Assembly: GCA_000934665.2 (NCBI GenBank)
Contig: JYFJ02001226.1
Coordinates: 62,001 to 86,274 of the forward strand
Direction of reading: 5' to 3'
Length of the DNA: 24,274 nucleotides
Origin: Catajapyx aquilonaris
Lineage: Eukaryota
The position numbers and the translations under genes were made by a program. Under the pieces are notes generated by a model, which saw only the letters and a program-made list of their open reading frames with translations, had not been told where the DNA came from and did no database searches. Shown here one piece after another: positions 10,440 to 19,694 of the stretch; position 1 is the stretch's first letter; every line of letters starts with the position of its first letter.

Positions 10440-13010
10440 AAGGGCGCTAATTGAATCGCATGCTTAATCTAAACTGGAGCTGCTGTTGGAAACATCCTGT
10501 ACAATAGTTGAAAGAGTAGGCGGGCACTTTTCTGAAGGAAATGGAAATGTCTGACCATATTATACAGTAATAATTATTATACAGTAATTTGCTTTCCTCT
10601 GCCTCTGTTTAAAATCCGGATGGTCCCATTGGTATAGGCCATATTTTGTTCCCTCAATTTTCTTTTAACAGGGTAGGGGGAAGCCCAAATTCAAGAGGAA
10701 CAAGTTGGAACCATTTCAGCTACGCCAAAAATTAACACTCCGAGTTTCGCACGCCTCTCCTTTTTCCTCTCGACGCGACGCTCCAATAACCAAAAACCCC
10801 CATTCATCCAGGCAGAAGATGTGGCCCGAATAATTTGGTATGGCCAGAATTTCATGGCTGAAACTCTGGTTTTGGGGAGTCGAGATTGGAAGGTTTATTC
10901 ATGTCCCCCCAAGCTGCAATGATACAACGAACACAGTATGACCCCCACGAATTATTGATACTCTCTCGCTCCAGGATATCTTGTATGCTGGTTAGTTGCT
11001 CCGAGGCATGATGGATCATTAATTTTGCTCTGTTCTGTCTGGTGCAGCTGGTGTTTTAACCAGTTTATTAAAGTATCGAGATGATCAGCAGCCGGCAAGG
11101 GTTAGAACACGAGATTGGAAATGCGTAAATGGATCGGAAGCAGCGGATATTACCCGCAGCTAGACTCCTGTGACATCCGACCTGCAAGATAATACATGAC
11201 AGTATATCCTTTGACATGGAAAAATGTTCGTGCGACTGCGAATGACTTCTGTAAATATATAAAAATAATAGTTTCTCCTTACCCATAACTATACTCCTGC
11301 TTCCTGAATCCCACAAAGTAAGTTTCAACAGGATGTATCAAAAGGTAATTAGCTTTTACCAAGTAGATGACCTTTTAAAAATGAAGTTTGGCCATAAGCA
11401 CTTTCTGATAAAATGAGTCAGGCGGGGAGAACAATGATAGGTTTTTGTTGCCTCCATTATCCGCATTTTTCTTTCAGCTTCTTCCCCCTGCAGGCGATGA
11501 ATTTTTTGCTGCTCATTACCTCTCTTCTCACAACAAAAGCCGTTGCATTGTGGGGTGAATTTGTAACAAAAAAACGGAGCGAAAACCGGGAATTGAAAAT
11601 GTCAATAAGCTTCTCCGTTACCTTTTTAGAGGCTTTTACGACGAGGGTTAACGTTTTATACATGAATCACTGCCATTTCACTAACCTATCCATCCAGAAT
11701 TCATCAAAACTACTCTAATTCGGTTCCCTTCCCCGAAAGTGACCTGGATCCCCATGTAAAATTGATCACCTTCGACATAATGGATTTTCAATAGACGTGT
11801 ATCTGGCTTGTAAGGCATGCCGCACACAGAGGCCGGGATATTATCGGACCAAGGCTGCATGCAGCTAGGCTATTATTATCGAGATATTAAAGAGGGATGA
11901 TATAATCATTTCTTGCTTCCCAGAATCCCCCCAAATTTACACCGGTCCTAGGTCCCAAATCCGGGCCACAAAAGACACGCAGATCGATCCTTTTTTCCCC
12001 CATTTCCCCATACCTAACGTGCCCTGCAAAAAAATTGCATGTAAATTTTTTGAGACTACAAAGAATTGGGTTCAGCGTCGGACACATTGTGAGAGCGAAG
12101 GAGGTTGGATTCGTGGGGAGAAAAAATCGATTCAATTGAGCCTTTTAGTTCATACTATCACATTATTCTTAGTGTCCTGACTCTTCAGAGCTACCCAAAC
12201 GGCTCTCTTGTGTTGCAGGCCATCCAACTCGCAGGATGTTCGTCTGATGAAGGGCTCAGTTTGGGCCTCTAGCTATAACGAAGCGTCAAAACAACTTGAA
12301 AAGGTAGCCACTTTGGTGAAAATATTGCAAATCGCCAATCCTCCCACCCCTCTCTCCCTCCCTCTGCACCTTTTCATCAGTTAACCGAACCGCCTAATTC
12401 ATTTCCCATGGCTTAATTGAGTCGCCCCAACCATCCTTTCGGTTCAAAGCACAGACCAAGTTCAGAATTAAACATTCACCGTATCTTGATTTAGAGCAGT
12501 CCACGATGTGAGTTTCGCTTCGGGAGGTCGGGCGTTTGGATTGTAAGAGAAACATGTCGGATTGCTCGGACTTTTATTGCAACCAGTTCCACACTCACTC
12601 AAAAATGATGTAGCTTTAAAACGAGTGTAATTCATTTGATGCGATAGGAGCTATTATAAGAACAAAGCCGATTAAAGCCATGCTAATATTACTGTTCACA
12701 CAGAGTGCTTATTAAGTGAAGGCCCTTTGTCAGCAACCAGTCTCCGAATGAGATCACTGTCCATCCAATCAAGCTCGGACTATTGCATCGACGAGTCTGC
12801 ATAATTGTATGAAGGGGGGAAAAACTGTGCACATCCCATTTGATTGGCAGCCAATTACGTGTGTCCAAGTCGCATAGGTGCATTGCACGTATCCGTGCAT
12901 GTTGCGCTGTCTAAAATTAATCTCGAGCCCAATTATTGTAACCCTGTTCAGCACCAATGCAGGATAAATCGAAAGAGTGTAATGGGCTTACCTCATGCCG
13001 GATTATGCAA
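10440..13010 (-). repeat. Block A copy 2; right arm of the inverted duplication (partner 779-5193)
   Basis: Same sub-blocks in mirror order; more compact, lacking the segments at about 1540-1930, 2075-2344, 2551-3035 and about 4255-4655 of copy 1. Confidence 0.95.
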
Positions 13011-14439
13011 TCTCTTAGTGCAACTGGCATCCGGGATTTTCCAGCGAATTTGGCAAAATCCTAGCAAGACTTTGTGTTCGAAGCAAAGAATTGTGACTTT
13101 ATTACCCTGGAAAAATAGTCATTCTAGGCACAGTCTCTTACTTAAAATTTTGATGGGGCCAATTCTTAATATTTTTAAACAAGATTTACAAATCACGTGA
13201 GCGTGATTAGAGTAGACTTTTCATGTTTACTGCTATTGTCCCCAACGTCCGTCACGGTACTGATACTGAACCTGAAACCACCCATCCATGATAATTCATC
13301 GATGCCCTGCCGCCCCAGGCACGTTTGATTCCTAACAGTTCGCTCCATAATTCTGACAAACCTTGTGAAATGAGTTTCCCCGTCGACTGGGAAACATTTT
13401 GCTTCATGTATGCAACATTTTCTCCACCCATTCTCTCAGCACTGTTTTTTTCGCCAGGATGTCTAATAGGTCCCGTTAGAACAACAGCTGATGCATGATG
13501 GATGGTCGGGACACAAGAAATGATCAAGTGTCTCTGTACCTTGTTTTACTGGGTCACGTAAGACAGATCAAATAAACAAGAGAAAAGGAAAGATGCGGGC
13601 TCGTGCGGCCACGCGCGGGATCGCAAAACTTCTTACTTCGGAGGCCACTTCTTGCCAGAGTGGGACCAATCGCTTACAACATTCATTCTTCAGAGAGTAA
13701 AAAAAGAGAGAAAAGGACAGCGACGGTTTTATGATGGCAATAAATTCTAGGCACAGCAGGAGATGGATTGTCAAGAGATGTAAGGCCACTCACGTACAGT
13801 ATCCACTTTGTACAAACATTTTTCTGCAACACGAATATATATATACACTTTGTACAATAGATTCCTTTCCTCTAGTTTTCGCACCTCGTTCTAAAAATGC
13901 GTGGTGTGAGCCAAGTGAGCTCAACAGTTGCATTGCCTCTGCACGAAAGGTGAAGAAAAATGAAAATAAAACTTAACAAACGTCTGTATACACCACCAAA
14001 AGTCATTCCAAACTTTTAAAATCCCGATGTCCAGAAAAAATGTTGGAATCAATTGGGTTTAGTAAGTTGGGCCTTAAGGAAAGGTACTGGGCCGGATTAT
14101 TCCTGTGAACAAGTTTTGCAAGTCAAGTGTTGGGTCTGGGAAAAAAGAGTCAGAGGTCGGCACTTGGATTCACGCTCCCAATTAACGGAAAATTGCCCTC
14201 ATTTGCACAAATGGCCATGCTTGTAAGTTGTAACCCGCTAATTGGATGCACTTTCCTGATTCTCTTCTTTTATCACCTCACATCCTATGCGTAATATTAC
14301 TGTTTCAAAGTTTCTGACAAACGATCCGGGTATATAGACGCGACCTGATACAGGCTCACAAATTGCATCCAGAGAGACACGAGTTTTTGGCCAATTATTC
14401 TCTCCCTCGGAATCCAAGGCGCAAATCCGTTTTGCAACC

Positions 14440-14625
14440 GTGCGGCACATCCTTTGCCTTGATCTGATGGGATTTATTCAATTAGAGATGAAAGAGACTC
14501 CTCGTGCCTCCTTCCCTCCCTTCCAAACTATCCTTCCTCGCATAATAAACTTGCAATTTGCGGGTAAGGACCTTCATCCCATCACTCGACCATCGCCGCA
14601 AACAGGATTTCGCGCAAATAAGTGA
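14440..14625 (+). other. Candidate small ORF or cryptic exon, copy 2
   Basis: See copy 1; a strong donor-like 'gg|gtaagg' lies at about 14564 in this copy only. Confidence 0.3.
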
Positions 14626-14750
14626 TGTAGGATTCGGTCAGGCTTGTTTTCTCCCATGGTTAGGACACCCTGTCCCGAAGAAGAGCAATAATATATTGCA
14701 CAATTTTCGATCAACGTTATTTTTATTTATTTTGGATGCCATTATTTGTC

Positions 14751-14854
14751 ACACAACCACAACAACAACAACAACAACAACACCATCACCACATTTCCCT
14801 ATAAGGGGTCGTCAGCGATGAAGAAGAGACGCAAGTTAACCCCACACAATTATT
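14751..14854 (-). mobile_element. Short interspersed element (about 70-bp core) with (TTG)n tail, copy 1
   Basis: 14781-14854 is the reverse complement of 21914-21989 with few differences; (ACA)n tract at 14751-14781. Confidence 0.7.
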
Positions 14855-16475
14855 ATTATAATTATTATGAATTCTGCTATACATATTGACAATATGAAAT
14901 AATATTAGTGCTCAAATGGCTCATTAAACAGTATGAACTTATGTACAACGGCATATATGCAAATGTGCTCTCCGAATAGTGAATTGAATGCATTGATTAG
15001 GATAATATTAAGGCTAGGTGATATTGATACGTGACTGACAAATCCCGTCAAAATTGAGTTACATACATTAATATTATCGGAAAAACTTTCCTCTTATTAG
15101 TCCCCCGAATCTGCTGGTTGGTTAAGTCGAGTTGATGTACTGTACATGTGCCTCGAGGCATTTCATCCTTCCCTCGTAGCTCGTACCATACACCTACCCA
15201 TTATTATCATACGACTCATAATTTGGCCTCGTCGCTATACGCGTACTTATTCGCCAACAACATTTTTTTCTGTTGCGCAAGTTAGTCTCGGGTTATCTTC
15301 ACCAACTTCTCTCTTCCTCTACATCTGCAAGTTATTATTTAATTAGAGTAGCTCATATTGGACCTACTCCGGAAGTGCAAGCAATAAACTTAATCTAGTC
15401 ATTCTGCACATCCTACTCTCCAACCATGTATTCAGAATTTCTGCCACAGGAACATAATCACATTGGGCTTGCGGGTTTTTTTCTTCTTCAGAATTTTAAA
15501 TATCTAAAGAGTCTATCTTTTCGTTTTAAATCAGACTTGATGGGTCGCCTTTCACTAGATAGTGCTGGGTAAGGTGTCTGCAGCGTGTACATGCTAATTT
15601 AGGCTAATTTAATGACTCAAAGGCGAAGTCATTGGCCGGGCAATAATTCCGACACTGCGACACTGCTTTTGGCCCCGGCCGATCCTCGTCGCCTATTTCC
15701 GACACCAAACTCACCTACAGCCCAGTCAGGCAGAGGCGATGGAGACAGTTAACCTCCCCTGCCAAGAGGACTAATGGCACCCATCCTGGCACCAGTCGCC
15801 ATCATCCCTCCTTCTCCAAAATCCTGTCCTAATCCAGTCTGGACCTGGCTGCCTCATTTCAAGGTTCAATCGCTCAGATCAACATCGATCAATCAATCGC
15901 CGGAGATCGACTTCCGACGCGACGCTGCCCTCCGGATTGTCAAAAAAACGGCCATGCAAACATACGAGTCCCCATATGTCCTGTCAATATGAACAGATAA
16001 AATTTGGCTCCACTTTACACTTTTTTCTGAAATTCACTGCACGTACCGTAACGATCAAATTAGCTTCCCACAATTTGGCCCATCCAGTTTACTATGTCTG
16101 ATTACGACCAATGTTATGAATCGTGTGACAGGTCGCAAACAGGTTTGAAAAAATTCCATGTAGCACTGAGCAAAGTGACATCAAGTCATCATGTTACCAC
16201 GGAAGCATGGGGCAATATGCAATATTCCTTCCAGCAACCTTAATCTCGTAATTATTTGTAATTAGAGAAAGAGTCGTGCTGGCCCCATCTCTCTCGCGAA
16301 ACTTCTGGCAACTTTGCGCAAGTGTTACTTTCCCTTCAGATATTGAACAAGTTTCATCACTTGTCTCTGGGCGAGGCGACCTAAAGAATTTTAATCACGC
16401 CGACCTAAATGACGAATGCGAAAAGTTCCAACTAACATTTGATTCTTGACGCACTTGTATTGTTGCAATTTGTAG

Positions 16476-16603
16476 TGCTGTGGATGGCAACGAGGCAATG
16501 GCCATTCTTCGTCTGGACGAGGCCAGAAGAGACGACTCGGCCAACTACACCTGTCTGCTGGGGACCATGGCCAAGGCAGGGGTCGCCCTGCACGTGCTCA
16601 ACG
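16476..16603 (+). CDS. Dpr-family (defective proboscis extension response / zig-8-like) Ig-superfamily protein, penultimate coding exon (end of second Ig domain)
   Basis: Acceptor 'ttgcaatttgtag|' ends at 16475 and donor '|gtatgt' starts at 16604. After 1 nt the exon reads AVDGNEAMAILRLDEARRDDSANYTCLLGTMAKAGVALHVLN(G), matching the Dpr Ig2 pattern L-x-I-x-x-A-x-x-x-D-S-G-N-Y-T-C...V-x-V-H-V-L-N-G. Specific paralog cannot be named. Confidence 0.88.
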
Positions 16604-16666
16604 GTATGTATAGTTTGCTCTCATGTGTGACAGTCACCGATGACTAATCACTTGGTCATGTGACAG

Positions 16667-16845
16667 GTGAGCTCCCTGCGGCGGTGCTTCACGAATGTTC
16701 AACCAACCGGGCCTCCCCTGGATCGAGACCAAGCCTTCCGACGTCCATCGCGGCCGTGGCCGCAGTGGCAGCCCTGGCCGTGGTGGCCACCTCTTGTCCC
16801 TCTGGTGATGGGGTCAGCCATCATCCACGCGCGTCCCCCTGCTGA
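16667..16845 (+). CDS. Dpr-family protein, last coding exon (linker plus hydrophobic C-terminal anchor)
   Basis: 63-nt GT-AG intron 16604-16666 with branch-like 'gactaat' at about 16642; the phase-1 join gives ...HVLN-GELPAAVLHECSTNRASPGSRPSLPTSIAAVAAVAALAVVATSCPSGDGVSHHPRASPC*. NGE-x-PAA-x-x-H is the typical Dpr post-Ig2 motif, followed by a Ser/Pro-rich spacer and a hydrophobic stretch. Confidence 0.88.
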
Positions 16846-16903
16846 CCTTTCGTCCCATTCACCACCACCATCCCTCAGACACATCAAACCAACAATGTTC
16901 AAC

Positions 16904-16909
16904 AATAAA
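16904..16909 (+). promoter_or_regulatory. candidate polyadenylation signal of the Dpr gene
   Basis: AATAAA 58 nt after the stop codon, followed by GT/T-rich sequence; motif only. Confidence 0.4.
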
Positions 16910-17016
16910 CAGGAGTAGTCTGGCTCACACTGCTATATATTCATTCCTGCGTGTCCCTCGTCTCTTTTGAAATGTAGAATCCAAATATTTGTCAGATGAT
17001 AATAATGAGCAATTAA

Positions 17017-17085
17017 CGGTGGCGTAGTGGTTAGCGCCGCAGCCTTCCACCTCTAAAGCCTGTCACAAACAAACAAACAAAAAAC
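17017..17085 (+). mobile_element. tRNA-Gly(TCC)-like 5' half joined to a (CAAA)n tail; SINE remnant or tRNA pseudogene
   Basis: ggtggcgtagtggttagcgccgcagccttcca resembles the A-box/D-arm and anticodon arm of eukaryotic tRNA-Gly(TCC); no T-arm/B-box (GTTCGA) follows; 'acaaacaaacaaacaaaaaac' tail at 17065-17085. Confidence 0.6.
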
Positions 17086-18427
17086 GCGTTTCACAGTCCA
17101 GGACCGTGTACGATAACAATAGTTTTAACCTAAAACGCAAAATAAAATTGCTAACAAATTATTGTGCCGATTCGTAGCATTTTTTGCACAATAGATGAAA
17201 ATATCGACATGCCGAAATGTTCCTAACTACATTTCCGTTCATTTGATTCAATTACAGTTGAAACCGGATATGACAGACTTCAAGGGACGGCGGAAAAAGT
17301 ATGTAATAACCGAGATCTGGTTAATGGCCAAAACTACACTTTTTCAAGAATGCGCAAAGTTTTCCGTTTTCCATACGCCTGCAGTTCACACTACTGCATG
17401 CTGATTCATGAAATTATTACAATATGATCCACAAAAATGCAAAATTAGCTCACCCATCTCATAGGCAGGACCAAAAAAAACTGTTATTTTCTTTTGCCAT
17501 CTAGGTATTGCCAAATACACCAGAATAGTTATGATTTTGACCTTTTGGGCAAGAGCATCAGTGACAGGTAAAAAAAAATCGCCCCCACTCCAGTAGGCTA
17601 TGCAATTCTTTCCTCGCGTGGGGAAAAAAATATAAGTAATCAGAACCAGCATATTTCTCACTCAGGGGCCAAAATAAATGGTATGTTATAGCCGAGATGA
17701 GGTGAAAATGAGTCTGTTATATCAGGAGAAAAATACACAAGGCACATATATTGGCAACTACACGGCAAGAACACGCGCGAATTTGAATTCGATATTGGAA
17801 TGGGTAAGTAAATTGTTGTTGCCGTGTATTGCCATGGCAGCCAAAACCATCAAAGATGGCGGACCCCCGCGGACCATTACGGCCTGCCTGTACCCTATTT
17901 ATACCTCGTTGGCGCACCACACACTTCAAAATGGCCACCAGCCTTGGCAACGCCTATAAACAGAGAGACGCAAAAATCGAATGTTTGCGCCTCTTATGTA
18001 GTATATGCTCCCTGATCAGACTAAAAAGGGGAAGGAATGCGCTTGGGCTGCACGGATGTGCTGCCAAGCCGTGAGATCTTTCGCAAGACACAACACGTGC
18101 ATGAGACTAAACCGGATTATTATAATCATGAACAAAAATGAGTGACTCACACTATCTCATTTGCAGGGAGTTCTCATTTCCAGTAAATTAAAAAAACCTT
18201 CCTCCTCTCCAACATTCCATTTTTGGCACTTAGGTGTTTCTGTCGTACCACACGAAAACTGTAAAGGTTGGGCTTAATAAACCACGATCATGTCACAAGT
18301 GGATTCGAAATCACAGAGTATTTCATGTCCAGTAACTGTACCCCAATCACTGCTACGAATTAAAGCTATATATTATGGTTCCAACTATGGTCATAGACTA
18401 CTAAGGTCTGGACACTCCCACCCACCC

Positions 18428-18986
18428 CCTGCCGGGGCGTTTTGCAGGAGGAGCTCACTTGAGAGCGCCACGAGACCTTTCACTCTCCAGGTAAGTGGCG
18501 ACCCTACGGGACTAGGCTGAACTTTATAGGTACAAAAGGGAAGCGCTACATTGGGGGACCCAACATGGTCGCCGGCGGCCATTTTGGGCCCGCATGTAGC
18601 GCTTCCCTTTTGTGCCTGGGTGATTCTCCAAAAACTTACCAGTACCATGTCCCAGCATAATAACTCAAAAATGGCTTGACTGAGAGAGTTGATTTTTTAA
18701 ACATTTGTAGAAGCAGATGACACCTAGCCATCCCCATGAAAACAAAGGAAAACATTAAATTAAGTTTTACTGCAAAAAATGTTTAAGGGCCTAAAATCAC
18801 TATTCTTGGCATGCCCCGATCTCTAATTCTCTAATTCTCTAATTCTTGCTTTGAAAATTGGTAAGTTTTTGGAGAATCACCCACCTATAAAGTTGAGCCT
18901 AGTCTGGTAGGGTCGCCACTTATCTGGAGAGTGAAAGGTCTCGCGGCGCTCTCAAGTGAGCTCCTCCTGCAAAACGCCCCGGCAGG
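18428..18986. mobile_element. Foldback/MITE-like element with about 128-bp inverted arms
   Basis: 18428-18530 plus 18617-18641 is the near-perfect reverse complement of 18859-18986; AT-rich spacer containing a triplicated 8-mer (18820-18846); no coding capacity. Confidence 0.85.
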
Positions 18987-19694
18987 CGATAAGATCAGAA
19001 TGTACTATAGTATAAGTGTCCGGGGGCTGGTTCCAACCAATGATGGCCATTTTGTTGTCCTTGGATGACCTTACATTTTACAACGAGTCCTGGACATTAA
19101 AATATGAGACTTTATACCACAAGGGGGATGCGGTCCCGGTTGCTCTATAACTATGATAATTTGGGTCGTAATGTCCGCAGGCCACTTTCTGATCCCTTAA
19201 AGTCGAGCAAACTCGGTGCCATCCCATATTTGAACCACTGAGATGCATGTCCGGGTGCATGCGTAGTGCAATAGTTTCAGTGCACATGTACTAGGAAGTG
19301 ATTCATCCCCAAACACTGACGTGGCCCAATCACTGGGCCACCTCACCACTCCGAATCCCGTTAATATTCAATATTGGGAAACACTACTCCACTGCTACAC
19401 AACATAGTCGCCGCATTCCAAGAGTATACATCAAAGCGTGGCTAACAGATTGTATCAGTCAAAAGCGGCCAGAGCACGTTTCCAGAAGTTGGTCAAAACA
19501 TATCAATAATTCTCATTTGTTCAAGTACTACGCGTCAGCACTGAGGACTATTCACAGGGAGTGTTTGAATCATACCGAAATGGAAGGAATACCACCTGCC
19601 CTCCTTTCGCTACACGTTATCAATATAGAATATTAATAGAAATGGAGTGGTGAGGTGGTGAAGCACTGTGGAAACGTCAGTGCTTGGGTGAACC

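Larger units (their letters stand above)
13455..15937 (+). repeat. Block B copy 2 (partner 6421-8916)
   Basis: 'caggatgtctaatagg(c/t)cccgttagaacaaca' starts both copies; 15863-15920 matches 8847-8904 at 57 of 58 nt. Confidence 0.95.

Noticed and set aside
16439..16630. 63-aa ORF in the track
   Set aside because: Wrong frame; the Dpr exon is read in another frame between splice sites.
17017..17090. Functional tRNA gene
   Set aside because: No T-arm, B-box or acceptor-stem 3' strand.
17086..17700. Probable decayed DNA-transposon sequence
   Set aside because: Only weak inverted similarity (about 17119-17136 vs 17320-17338); termini cannot be defined.
19620..19694. IR core promoter (AT-rich patch, TCAGT at 19677)
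   Set aside because: Spacing does not fit TATA-Inr geometry and the motifs are too short to support a call.
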